DNA of 64,000 nucleotides from Eledone cirrhosa (lineage: Eukaryota). The stretch is taken from NCBI GenBank assembly GCA_964016885.1, contig OZ024742.1, positions 326,430,001-326,494,000 of the forward strand, read 5' to 3'. The position numbers were made by a program, and so were the translations under genes. This document shows positions 28,454-41,679 of the stretch, in pieces. A model generated the notes under the pieces. The model did not search any database. It was not told where the DNA came from and saw only the letters and a list, made by a program, of their open reading frames with translations. The number at the start of each line of letters is the position of its first letter. Positions within the stretch are counted from its first letter, which is position 1.

Positions 28454-28508
28454 ACTGCCTGAAGAGGTCACAGCCAAAGATGGCTGTCACTGAAATATAT
28501 ATAGCAGT
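28454..28508 (+). ncRNA. Type I hammerhead ribozyme (family H5)
   Basis: ACTGC-CTGAAGA-GGTCACAGCCA(AAGA)TGGCTGTCACT-GAA-ATATATAT-A|GCAGT; stem III made of AT repeats; AUA site. Confidence 0.83.
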
Positions 28509-28654
28509 AATAAACGAAGCTAAATTTTAATCATTTGACTTTTATTTAACTTTATTTTACACTACTCCGGAGTAACCAAACCAACCTGCGCACTTCGTCG
28601 AGTGCTCCAGCCTGCATACTGAGGTGTTGGTATACAACCAACATAAACTCAAAA

Positions 28655-28693
<39 letters not shown>

Positions 28694-28750
28694 ATAAATA
28701 CATATATATATATATATATACATATAAATATATACATATATATATATATA

Positions 28751-29360
28751 TGGTGGCTGCCAACTCGTTTTCGAGTACGGCCACTACTTTATATCCATGT
28801 AGGAGAACCCCTACCGATGCGCTGAAAAGGTGTGACTTTTTAGTCCAGCCAGCGACTTGAAAACTCTGGTACAAACACTACACTTGTGACAATTATTGAC
28901 ACATAGTGCAGGGCCCATGGTACCATGTGACAACAAGTGCAGAGAGATCTCCAGATATAAAGCAATGCCTGTGCCGTGAAGCTTTTATAGTGAGCAAAGG
29001 CACTGCACAAAGCCAGTCCCACTCACTTAACCAAAATGATATTTACCAAAAAGAAGAACAAGTCAACATCATTGGATACCATCAGGGTTGCAGGTGTTAT
29101 ATCAGAGTTTTCCTTCTCCTAGAATTCTGCCTTGACAAAGGCTAATGGGTCATCTCTCCCGGTGATTTTGGATGGCCATTGACTCTTAAGAGCTCCTTTG
29201 CCCTTTGACAGGTTTTGTTTTTAGTCCTGCAGGATGTCCAAAGTCACCCTCCTCACCAAGAAACCTTGGTGGGGTTGCCAGTTTAGTCGCCAACAACCCG
29301 ACCATGGGACAGGTTGTACTGGGATACATGTTACCAGTAGCACCAACTGGTGACCTGACA
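28751..29360 (-). mobile_element. ~610 bp non-coding dispersed retroposon (probably RTE-related, non-autonomous)
   Basis: Highly similar to 50971-51578; flanked by (TA)n and (TACA)n; minus strand has GGCGACTAAACTGGCAACCC and CTAGGAGAAGGAAAACTCTGA motifs resembling RTE 5' UTRs (from memory). Confidence 0.7.
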
Positions 29361-30028
29361 TACATACACACACATACACTCACACACACACAGATATGAA
29401 TATGTATATATATATATGTATATATATATGTATATATATACATATATATATATATATGTCTGTCTCGGAGCCTCAAAATTTTCATATTTCTTTCTTGAAG
29501 TAAACTAATTATGAAGTAATGTCAAACCTCTTGTTAATTCTCTAGTAACAGCAAATGATTGAATTTAGTATCACGACTGCAGCTGCTGTTGCTGTTTCTA
29601 TCTTCTTCCTTTTCTCAGATTATTTCACCGTAAACGATTGATTGATTGAACTTTTTGATTATTTTTATTTTTTTATTTAAATGAAAATTTTCATTCTTCA
29701 GTGAATGATTTCGCAATCAGGAACTGAAATCTGTTTTGCTTTTAATTACTGCCGAATCGCGTTAACTTCTCTCATGTTTTCAAATCACAGCATTATAAAA
29801 TGTTTATCCTACATCAAAATGATTTCTTTCCAAACAACTTTACCTCTGCTTCCCCTTCCTTGCAAAAGTAATGTTAGTGTCTGTGTGTATATATATATGC
29901 CAGTAAATCTCTACACTACAAGCGTGTATACATGTTAATCATATGGTTGTCTGTGTGTACCACTCGAAGGATTTACTTTAAATTCCAACTTATTTTGTTT
30001 ATTATTTTCAATTCTCATTTGAATCTCT

Positions 30029-30269
30029 GAAGAAGAAGAAGAAGAAGAAGAAGAAGAAGAAGAAGAAGAAGAAGAAGAAGAAGAAGAAGAAGAAGAAGAA
30101 GAAGAAGAAGAAGAAGAAGAAGAAGAAGAAGAAGAAGAAGAAGAAGAAGAAGAAGAAGAAGAAGAAGAAGAAGGAGGATGAGGAGGGGGAGGGGGGATGA
30201 GGGGGAGAGAAGAAGAAGAAGAAGAAGAAGAAGAAGAAGAAGAAGAAGAAGAAGAAGAAGAAGAAGAAG
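30029..30269. repeat. (GAA)n microsatellite
   Basis: Seen directly. Confidence 0.97.
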
Positions 30270-30792
30270 CGCAATTTTCTTAGCATGTTATACATGAAAT
30301 GATTTACTGTTCTGATAAAAATATTTATTCCGATTAAATCCACTTTGGAATTCTTACGACAAAAGGGACGTTTTAATCTTGTCTCAATTCTGCAAACAAA
30401 TTTAAATTCGCATATATATATATATATATATATATATTGTGTGTGTTTCACTGAAGAGGGCATACAATGTGGGACGAAAGATTTTTGATAATCGCAACTA
30501 AACAAATATTCGGTTATTAAACTAACCGACGGAAAATTATAATAAATTTAAATGAAGGTCAACTGGTGTGTATGAATTTGTTGGCAGCTTGTATAACAAT
30601 ATATGTTTTCACATCAACCATTTTGCAAAACAAATACAAACACGAAGTGTGTATATATATATATATATTGTTATACTTGGGGAGGGTCATATTGTTGTAA
30701 TAATATTGTCAGAAATAATAACAGAACACACTCACTGTTTGGTTGGTTTTCGCTTCTGTATCTTTTATATCTCCACAGTTAATTCAGATGGC

Positions 30793-31110
30793 AACATGAA
30801 TGGACCTGTTATTTTTCTCTAAAAAAATGTTCCGTTTCCACCTTGTCTGACTCCTCAATCTTTCTATTTCTTCTTTAATTTCTCATTCCCCGTGAAGGAC
30901 TAGCGTTCAAAACGTTCAGATTTTTTTCCTACTACATCAAGTGTAAAAGTAATAATTGTCTCTACTTTTTGTACAAGGCCAGCAATTATCCAGTACATTA
31001 CTGGTACTTTATTTTATCGACCTCATAAGGATGAAAGGCAAAGTTAACCTCGAATTAATAATATTCATTGTACTGTGTCGTTTGTTTTGTTATTTTTGTT
31101 TGCCTTTTGC
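30793..31110 (+). mobile_element. Degenerate family H6 element interrupted by a SINE A fragment (30952-31052)
   Basis: CATGAATGGACCTGTTATTTT start and GAAGGACTAGCGTTCAAAACGTT match 51817-52030. Confidence 0.65.
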
Positions 31111-31924
31111 ATACTTTGCGGATTTAACTCTCTAATTCATTAGACACAATTAACTCTCAAACGTCACGTCTGCGCTACTTCTCTACAACAATTCTAATTT
31201 AAATGATTTCGATCTATTGAACTTCATTCCCAAAAGTATAGGAGGAAGATACAAACTACACTAAAATATGACAATCATAAAAATATCAAAGGAAATATCC
31301 AGCTACACTAGTTTAGGGCATTTACATATAAACATTCCGTAATTAGGTCCTTCTGTTCAGACTGATATAGCCTGTATCATTGCTATTCAAAATCATTCTA
31401 TGTTATATTCATTTAGATCAACGATTTGGAAATAATAGAGAAAAACACTACGTTAGTTGTAGTGTTTGATGGCGGCGTTCGCAAATGAAGTAGATATTAA
31501 TGCGTGGAAGGAAGGCAGTAAGAAACCAAAAGGATTGGAATAGCACTAGCTTATCGACGATAAACACTATCATTATCGAAGTACTGTTAAAATTGAGAAA
31601 TTACGTCTACGCTGTAAATGGTCGTCTGTAGAAGTGATAGGTGAATGAATTATGTAATTAGTACAACATCGAACTAGATTTGTCAATCGATCAAACTCCA
31701 TTGCTGTTACAACTATCACTAGTGCTTTGGTCTTATTTCCAGGAGTGTCAGATTTGATTAAAGGATGAGTTTAGATATTTAAAGTTCTAAGTCTTTTAGC
31801 AACCGAAAGTCCAAGAGATATCCCATTAATTAAGGCAGATAATGCAGAGGATAAACCATCTCAATGACCATCAGGTAAGCGATAACAACATTTAATTGAT
31901 AATATTATAATAGATGCATGAAGG

Positions 31925-31959
<35 letters not shown>

Positions 31960-33059
31960 TATATATATGCGTGTGTATGTATATATATATATATACACAT
32001 TCATATACATATCACACTATCCACTTCTCTCTAAGTAACTCATCCTTAACGCCCCTTTTCCCATTGACTACTTGTCTTACTCTCCGCTTCTTAGCCAAGC
32101 CACATCTCACTGTCTATTTCTCTCATTCAAAGCAATTACTTCTACCCTTGGTCTCCAAGTTTTACTCCATTCCCTTCTAACGGTTATTAAATCACGTTGG
32201 TACTCTATTAAAGCATCTTTGTCCGAAACTTTAGATCTTTTGCTCTCCACAACAACCAGTTTTCCAATTACCAACTTTTACTGAGGCTCTTTATCTGACC
32301 TGTTTCTAACGTTTTGGTCTGTCATGAACCTCCAATCAAATTTAATACATGACTCCGATTCTGAAAATATCAAAATGGTATCCATAACTGTGACAACTTT
32401 CTGTGATAAAAACTGTTATACCCATTATTATATCTCTGATGAGATGTAGTACAATATGGTTGTTAATGAAATAATTCTAAATATGAAGACTTATTTAGAA
32501 TTATTGAAATATGAAGGACAAATCAATCGATATAACAAACATTAATGTGTCTCGCTAATATAAATGGATTAACTGATTAGCCATTCAAAGTCAGTCTATG
32601 AACCAATATTTAGCGAATTGAAAGACGGTTTCGTTGTTATTCAATAAATGTTCATAAAATATCAACTTCCCTGTTCTGCTTGATTTAATTTATTTTTGTT
32701 AATATAGCAAAATTAATTAAATTTCTGTTGCATATACAAACACGCAGACATCCTATCCATGCTTCCTCATAGTACATACTATTTTAATTTAAACAGACGG
32801 ATGCATGCAATAATGTCCTAGATATGCAATGTCTGAAACAAGATTGAAATAGTCACAACTAGAACATATTTGGCTGTATGTACACTCAATCAGGTGTGAG
32901 CGGGGTTAGACAACCTCTTCACATGCTACTCAAATCTATGATATTTCCATTAACATCTAGGGGGTGATTATAGAATATTTCAATGGCTCTAGTATTTGAC
33001 AGGTTCGATATTTTATCTGCACCGGAGGGAAGGCAAACTTGGCGTAAAATAAAGTTGTT

Positions 33060-33240
33060 GCTGTTGTATTGATTACGTCCCTTTACTTTCTGATTTCAAG
33101 GCCCACCGAGGTTAGCTTTGCCTTTCATCCTTACGGGGTCGATAAAACGAAGTACCTGTCGCGCACTGGAGCCGATTTAATGGATTTTCCCTTCTACAAT
33201 AATTGCTGGCCTTTTGCCTAAAGTAGAAACAGTTATTATT
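33060..33240 (+). mobile_element. SINE family A (diverged)
   Basis: Core CTTTGCCTTTCATCCTTACGGGGTCGATAAA. Confidence 0.75.
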
Positions 33241-33279
33241 ATCATCATCATCATGATTATTTATTTATTTATTTATTTA

Positions 33280-33325
<46 letters not shown>

Positions 33326-33326
33326 G

Positions 33327-33368
<42 letters not shown>

Positions 33369-35961
33369 AGTGCAAGTAGATGTGTTACATGTTCTGCAGA
33401 ATTTAGATATTTCTAAGCATAAATGAAGAAATATTTATTTTAAAACTATTATCTTTCTAAGCTCAGTAGAACATACTATCTCTATCATATACCAACTGAC
33501 AAACAAGAATTGCCATTCTTTGGACTATTAAATATCATTTTATCTGCATTTTATTTACAACCCAGCATGGTCACTAGCCATGGAGACAACACCGCCCATC
33601 CACTACCGCAAGTAACTCAATTTAATACAACAACGAAAATTACAAATAAACAAAAAATATTTAATTACATAGCAGAGCATTAACATTTCACAAGAAGAAA
33701 ACATGACATTTTGACAGAAAGCAGTAATATTAGTGCGAACATTCAAGGCATCAAATCAAACAACGACACCATAACAACAACGAAAGCAACAACAAAAGCA
33801 ACAACAACAGCAGTAACAACATTAGCACTCGCACGTGTTTTACCATAATAAAATATTTCTGAAATGTTTAACGTCAACAACAAAACTGGAACGCCAGCCT
33901 GTTCCTCTACCGGCAACGGACGAACTCTAAATATTAGCCATCTAGCGACAAAATAACTGTTTGACATTACTCCATAACAAGATACCAAAACAAGTGCATT
34001 TAAGACAGAAATTATCACAAAATCACGAGAAAGGAGAAAGTTGCCGAAACTTTTCTTTTATTCACAAACGATCAGTCAATGCGCCAGGAGATGATTTCCT
34101 CCATAGGGCGAAGAATGTCACATGGAACTATATCATCATTATTAAGCCTGAGAACGGGGCAAGAGAGCAGGCAGAGTAACTGTCACCACAAATCTGGCCT
34201 ATACACTAGTCCTATAATATATCCATCCATTCCTGAGGGATATACCTTTTAGTGGAAACATAGGGGCGCCATTGAAACATACGGTGTATCGTGGACATTT
34301 AACCCTGGCAAAGCCCATCCCTCTACTGGTCTCAAGACAGAGATAGTGTGAGTGAAATAGATATGAATAAAGACTCGACACCAGTACTGGACTGGTGCTT
34401 TATTTATCGATCTCCAAATACTAAAATCCAAAGTTAATCATGGTGAGATTTGAACTTAGAGCACAAAGTATTTTATTCGGCGTTCTAACGAAGCTGTCAT
34501 TTTGCCGCCAATAATATATACTGGACAACTCAATTCAAGGGTCGTCATAGAAGGTATCGGAAATGATGCTGATATTTAGCTAAGTGTCACTTTTATGACA
34601 CAAACTAAGCAGGTTGTGACCACTGTTGTGGTCACTAACAATATGTGATCCAGTGGGAAGCCTATGGACATACAATTATAGACGACTTCCAAAGAGCACA
34701 AAACAGTTTTGAAGATATGTCTTGTTTCGCTAGAATGCCGAATAAAATACTCTACCGTATTCGTTCCGATTCTTGGCGGTAAATGGATGAGAGTATTATT
34801 CTGGTTCCTTACATTCCGGGTTCAAATCTAGCCGACGCCAACTTTCATACTTTTGAGTTTGATAATATAAAGTACCAGTCACGTACTTGGGTTGATATAA
34901 TCGACTTTCCCTTTCCACGAATTGCTGATTGTTGTTGTCATTATTATTTTTCCTTGTTAAAATATTTGGTAGAATCTCTGGAATCTCCACTAGACTGTGT
35001 TTAAGTTTTCCGTGATGTCACTCTACATACTAAATTCATATAGTTGATTTTGTTTTCCATCCACCGAGAATCTATAAAGTAGGAACCAGTTAAATACTGT
35101 TATAAAATACACAGACTAGCCGCATTCTTAGATTGCATGTTCTCGTGCCAACGCTAATAATCATTATTATCCAAGTACGCGGAATAATTAAAATTAAATA
35201 ATTAATTAACCTGTGAGCATAAGCTACATGAAAGCTGGCCTATGGGTCGCATGTTAACACGGACAGTGACTCTATATCTAGACTATTGTCAGTTCAATTG
35301 TGTAAGCTAGGTTTAAGAAATGATTAAAGGACAACGGTTGAAACGAGGAGCAAGTCTGTCTTTGTTAACTAATTTAATTAATTTTATAACTATTATAAAT
35401 TAATGTAGAATGGCAATGTGATGATATCTGTATATATATAAAATTAAGTATGTGTGTGTGTGTCTGTGTATTACCTATAGGGGCCTACATCTTACGACCG
35501 ATTTTCATAAAACTTTACAGGCTCATAGATTAGTCATCGGGGAGTGTTTTCTATATATCAGCGTATCGTTTTTTTATTCCGGGGTCATTAAATATTCAGA
35601 AATAAGTCAACCAAATACACAAAATCTTAGTTAAAACAAATTAAAGGGAATTAAATCTTGATACCTAAGAAGCAGGACAGAAGGAATTATTTCCCGTTGA
35701 TAGTTACTCGAATCGGTTAAAACAATTGCCACACAATGAAAAATGACTTCTTGGTCGCTCTACCAGCTAAAAATACATTGAACAAAATATTTAAGTAAAA
35801 TCATCTTAAGAAACATCAACACCATTCTATCATGAGACACTACTAATGAAAAAGAACGAACGTAGGAGAAATCGTCAATCCATATAAACTTTCACCGTTA
35901 ACTCAGCAGACGACATCACTTAATATCTACACTCCTACATCGATCTGTATGTTAATTCTCC

Positions 35962-36005
<44 letters not shown>

Positions 36006-36392
36006 ATCTTTCTCTCTATTTTATATATATCTGTATATATATAAAATTATATACGATTTCACTCAACATTTCGCCATTTGCTACACCTTACGACGATTTT
36101 CAAGAAACTCACCAGCTCATGAATTTCCAACCAGGTTTTATTCCTACGGACTCCGTTCATCTCAGTTCACACTATTGACCTCTACTACAACCGGGTGTCA
36201 AAGATAATTCTTAAACTTTTTAAGTCTGCGATAAATGGCTACTTTGTACAATCCGGCTATACTGTTATCTGCATTAATCTCTTTCATGGGTGCTATTCCA
36301 AATGTGCTTAAACTACTCTTTAGATAATTGTTGTTTCTACTTTAGGCACAAGGCCAGCAATTACCCAGTACATTACTGGTACTCTTTAGATA

Positions 36393-37145
36393 ATGCCTCT
36401 GAAGAAGAGTAACAAAATTGGAAAAGGCGCGAGGCAGAAGTATGACAAATAGAAAAGCAAGTGAGCCATTACAAAATGCCGAAATAAGACGAACTAGAAA
36501 CGCAATGTCCACGGCCGCTGCACGCGCTGCTGAAACGGAAGATCGGCGCGTCCGCAGACAGACAAGAGACGCTGTGTCGAAGGCTAGTGCACGAGCCTCT
36601 GAAAATGAGGTTCAGCGCTTTCGCAGACAAAGGAGAAACGCAATGTCGACGGCCAGTGCACGTTTCTGAAAATGAGGGTCAGCGCGTTCGCAGACAAAGA
36701 AGAAACGCAATGTCGACGGCCAGTGCACGGGCTACGGAGACATCACCCGAAAGGCGTGATCGGTTGCAGAGTAATCTTCAAAGAAGCCTTTCCAGAAATG
36801 GTCTTTCAAGGCCTTCCAGTTCGCGATGGCTACTTAAGGCGTTTGAATATAGCCCAACCTTCAATTATGCCACCCATGCTGATGTGATCATTGGCGATAT
36901 ATCCCCCATGAAGTGGCCAGGTGAACCATCTGGGATGTGCTGCGCGAATGGAAAAGTCAGCTTACCTTTCCTTCTTGATCCACCTGAGCCATTGAAGACG
37001 TATCTGGCAGGTGAAACAGCGGAGTCTAAGAACTTCCTTGAAAATATCCGGAAATACAACTGCGCCTTTCAGATGACATCGTTTAGAGAAAACATTGTTA
37101 AGGAAGACGGTTTCATGCCTACATTTAAAGTTCAGGGGCAACTGT
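36393..37145 (+). pseudogene. Helitron RepHel N-terminal fragment (frameshifted, truncated before the Rep core)
   Basis: Arg/Glu-rich repeats (ETEDRRVRRQ..), KWPGEPSGMCCANGKVSLP..PPEPLK, FLENIRKYNCAFQMTSF, GFMPTFKVQGQ are characteristic Helitron motifs. Confidence 0.88.
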
Positions 37146-37227
37146 GTGTGGCCATAGATGAGTCATCGAGAAGCAGTCGCTAAGATCAACACCTTTTCAT
37201 CAAAGCAGATATTATTTTACCTACCCA

Positions 37228-37418
37228 GGGCGGTGGATTGCAGTATCAGTAGAGGGTCGGACGCCATGCTTTCCAGCATAGTTACGTCCCTTTACGATCT
37301 GAGTTCAAATCCCGCCGAGGTTGACTTTGCCTTTCATCCTTACGGGGTCGATAAAATAAAGTACCAGTAATGCACTGGGTAATTGCTGGCCTTGTGCCTA
37401 AAGTGGAAACAATTATTT
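37228..37418 (+). mobile_element. SINE family A nested at the Helitron 3' end, with TSD
   Basis: ATTATTTTACCTACCCAGG duplicated at 37211-37229 and 37412-37430. Confidence 0.9.
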
Positions 37419-37457
37419 TACCTACCCAGGCAACGCTGGGTACTGCTGCTAGTATAA

Positions 37458-37610
37458 TATAATTGTTTCTACTTTTGGCACAAGGCCAGCAATTACCCAG
37501 TGCATTACTGGTACTTTATTTTATCGACCCCGTAAGGATGAAAGGCAAAGTTAACCAAATTTTAACTCAGGATGGCAAGGGCCGTAACTCTATACGTCAA
37601 ATCATAGTAT
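37458..37610 (-). mobile_element. SINE family A (partial)
   Basis: Reverse-complement core and tail. Confidence 0.8.
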
Positions 37611-37758
37611 AATATAATATTATACATTGGTATATACTGGAATATAGTGGATATTTAGAACAGGTATACAATTATATATATATATCTATATATGTGTGTA
37701 TGTGTATGTGTGTGTATTGTGTGTGGATGTGTGTGTGTGTGTGTGTGTGTATGTGTGT

Positions 37759-37816
<58 letters not shown>

Positions 37817-37822
<6 letters not shown>

Positions 37823-38030
37823 GGTAATCAGAAATAACACCACAATCGGTACAGTATATGGAAGGTATATATTAGGTTAACGCTAGTTATAGCAGGAAGA
37901 GGGCTTTAACGTTTCGGACGCTAGTCCTTTATCAGAAGAAAGAATGAGAAATAAAATAGATTGAGGGGACGGGCAGGATGGAATTGGAAAAAATGTCTTT
38001 AGATAAAAATGCTACGTCCATTCATGTTGA
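37817..38030 (-). mobile_element. Family H6 hammerhead element (G8>A mutant at 37905-37939)
   Basis: Reverse complement CTT-CTGATAA-AGGAC(TAGC)GTCC-GAAACGTT-AAAG; abuts (TG)n. Confidence 0.75.
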
Positions 38031-38539
38031 CATCTCTTATAAAACTGTTGGTGCTGGCGTTTTGCGTATTATTTGTTTTTTAAACAAGTGGATGATGGAG
38101 CGCTTCTACCTGAAATGGAAAAAATCGTTTTGTAAAAAGAGCTATACTTGAGCACGTGCGTAAGCATGTGTTGGTGTGTGGGTGGGTGTGTGGATGGGGT
38201 GTGTGTGTGTGTGTGTTATTATAGGTTCGTACGAAGCTAAGAATAAATGTGTGTGTATATGTGAGTAAAAGAGTGTATGTGCATGTAAGTACGAAGCAAT
38301 GAGCAAAAGTATGTTAACATAAGGGTGTGTATCGGCATGTATTATTTGTAAGAGAAGCTGCTAGTGATCAAGAGAAAGCGATAGGAATCTAGGGGTGTGA
38401 TAATGGTCGGGATATCCGAATTAAACGTAAGAGCTTTCTTCTTCATCTTCATCTTCTTCGCTTACTTATTCTTGAGAAGGGCCGACTCCTTAAGCACGCC
38501 TTCCAGCGGGTCCAGTCAAAAGCAACCATCTCCAATTGA

Positions 38540-38660
38540 TCCGGCTGGATCCCCAACCAGTATCGGCAAGTATTTTCTCCTGGGTTTCCTGCCGGTTGGT
38601 TTTGTCCATAAAATCTATCCAACGATTCTTTCCTGTGACATTCTAACCCCATGTCTGTAA
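38540..38660 (-). mobile_element. Short RTE-like 3' coding remnant
   Basis: Minus frame RMSQERIVG*ILWTKPTGRKPR resembles the RTE C-terminal motif. Confidence 0.45.
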
Positions 38661-38758
38661 TATCGGAACTTTGATCTCTCAATTCGGAGAAGTAGGGACT
38701 CTACCTGGAGTGACTTCTGAATACTTATATCTGTAAGACTTCCATTATTTTATCATTG

Positions 38759-38938
38759 AGTGGATTGGCAGTATCGGTAGTGAGTCGGACGCCATGCTTT
38801 GTAGCATAGAGTGACGCCCCTTTATGATCTGAGTTCAAATCCTGCCGAGGTTAACTTTGCCTTTCATCCTTACGGGGGTCGATAAAATAAAGTACCAGTA
38901 ATGCGCTGGCATTGTGCCGAAAGTAGAAACAATTATTT
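38759..38938 (+). mobile_element. SINE family A
   Basis: Full copy; TTATCATTGAGT / TTAGCATTGAGT TSD-like flanks. Confidence 0.88.
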
Positions 38939-39294
38939 TAGCATTGAGTTCCCTAATGCTTTTACTAGTGAATAGTTTCATTCATTATCTGTAAGATCGG
39001 AAAAATATTTGATTGTGCATTAGAATTTCATGTTAATCAATCATGTTGTTGTCATTTAATTGCTATAGGAAAGTAAGGTCTTTTCTAGAGTTATGTATTG
39101 TTTATGTAATGAAATATTGTTAATACAGAAATTGAAAAGAACTATGGATGGATATATTTTGCTGTACGATTGTATGGAATTATTGAAAAACTTCACTGTT
39201 GAATAATGAGAGCTTTATGTCCATTTCTATATTCCCAAATACTTTGACAATTTCTAAATAATGGAAAAGACTTTCATTATCTATGTGTTCAAAA

Positions 39295-39488
39295 GGGCGG
39301 TGGATTGTTAGTATCGGTAGAGGGTCGAGCGCCATGCTTTGTAGCATAGAGTTACGGCCCTTGCCATTCTGAGTTCAAATCCCGCCGAAGTTAACTTTGC
39401 CTTTCATCCTTACGGGGTCGATAAAATAAAGTACCAGTAACACACTGGGTAATTGCTGGCCTTGTGCCAAAAGTAGAAACAATTATTT
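39295..39488 (+). mobile_element. SINE family A
   Basis: Full, near-consensus copy. Confidence 0.9.
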
Positions 39489-41548
39489 AAGCGAGTAGGT
39501 TGTGATTTGTAGAATATTTGGCTGGTATGTTTTAGCCTGCAGTGTAATTGCCAGCAGTCTCCTTCCACCAACTCATTAACTAGTTCCTTTAAACCATGTT
39601 TACATATGTGACTCATTTCCTCACGTGAAGTTGACGAAACCATCACTACATTATGTTTGTTCGAATAAAAAAACAAAAACAAACATAAACAACTCACATA
39701 CGCTTGAAGAAGATAAAAGTATTAATTGCCTCATCGTACATATTATATCGACTTTGAAACATCTAATATAAACCCGTTTCAGCATTCAAATTACACCTTT
39801 TAACATATAAAATACACAATGGGAATATAATCGGAGAAATATCTACTTCCTATTGTATATTTTATGATTCAGAATGAGCGTGAAAGTCCTTTTTTTGTTT
39901 TGTTTTGATGTAACATATTTTTCTCTGTTGGTAGTGTTAATAACTCCTTGTTTGTCATACATTATTACATGTAATATAAAGGGCTTTGATAAAGTATATA
40001 GTGAAACTATTTGTCTTATTATTAAACACGAAGAGGCAAACGTAATAAAACGGTAGTCGTTCAGACCTATGAAGAGTGATATAGCTATAAAAATATTCTG
40101 GTTAATTTTTTTGTTATTATCAAAATCCTATTGTTTGTTTTCTCATAACGCCTCTATGTCGGATACAATATTAGTAATTAAATATTCCTTAAATATTAAA
40201 AAAGATTTGTAGTTCATAAATTGCTTTGTGTTATTTAGTTACCTCTCTTTGCTTTTTAGTTCAAATTACACCGAAGTCATCTCTAACAGTCTAGTACAGG
40301 AGTTGATTCTTCCTCTGTATCTCTTTCTCATTTCCTCTCTCACTTTCTATCTTTCTCTGGAAGAGATCTGTTGTACTCAGTCCTGGAGAGGGGTGGGTTC
40401 CGCCAGGCTTTAAATGCCCAAGGAACGCCGTATGTATGGCGCCCCTATGACTCTTCAACTCTATATAGTTGTAATATAGAAACAGCGTAACTGAATCATT
40501 AAAAGTTCCCTTTGCAATTATGAGGGCCCGGGTTCGGTCGAATTGCAGTGCATCAAAGGCGCATATTGTTTTGATCGAAGCCTTGTAATTGAAATTGTAT
40601 AGATGGAAACTGTTTGTAAGCCCATCGGATGAGTTTTACATGTAACTGTGTTAGTCTTGTTAATGTGTAAAATGTATTAGTCTTGTTAACGTGTTACTCT
40701 AAATTTCTATGAGAATGTTGTTGAGGATGACCGTATATTCTCAATCACTTACTAATTTTACGAGTAGACTGCTCTGTTGACTGAACAACTGGAATGCTCA
40801 TCCTCAGAACCAATGAAGGTCCTTTTATATTTTATTTGTGATATACTGTGTATCATATATTACATGCACGTTTATATTTAGATTAGATGGTACACACAAA
40901 CTAGACTTTATGTTGAAATATTAACACAAATTTATTTCTGTGCCTGTGGCTACATATACTAAAATGAAAAGGTTAATTATTCAATGTAACCCAAATCACA
41001 AATCTTAGAATTTCATACAGAAAAGCAGTGAAGGAGTTAAAGCAACTAATTAAGAAATACGGATGTTCTTTTTTTTAAAGCTCTACGGGACATCGATTTA
41101 GTTTAAATGCAAATATAGATATGTAAAGGCTTCAAATGTAGTCCCTGGGATGGTTGAACGAAGAGTGTGGGAGCGGAAAATGATCTAGTAAATGTTTTAT
41201 CACCTACGTATTTAGTAATAATAAGTGAATATGATCCACTCGTAAGGAAGCATTTAGTGTAGTGATTACATTTGTTTTGGTTTTTTTTTTGTTGTTGATT
41301 TTCTCTCAGCAAGTATCGTAAACTTAATGAATTTCTATTATTTCATTTAAAAGAAACATAAGAAAGTAGCATCCCTACCTGTATTACTTTCCCTTAATCA
41401 CCCATTAATATTTTTTATTTATTTTATCCCAGTTATTCGAAGCAGTTCCAGAATTTTTCCAACTTTGACAAAAAAAAGCCATTAGATTTCTCAGCAGGGA
41501 AAATATTGCCGTTTTTCTTTTCTTTTACCAAATAGATATACATATATG

Positions 41549-41602
<54 letters not shown>

Positions 41603-41641
41603 ATTATATTTATTTATATATATATTTATATATATATATAC

Positions 41642-41679
<38 letters not shown>

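Larger units (their letters stand above)
35427..37452 (+). mobile_element. Internally deleted Helitron
   Basis: A|TC start, RepHel N-terminal coding remnant, 3' hairpin CCCAGGCAACGCTGGG and CTAG|T end. Confidence 0.85.

Noticed and set aside
28906-29145. 79-aa ORF conserved between two loci (also 51125-51364)
   Set aside because: Conservation reflects recent repeat copies; non-ATG start and no recognisable domain
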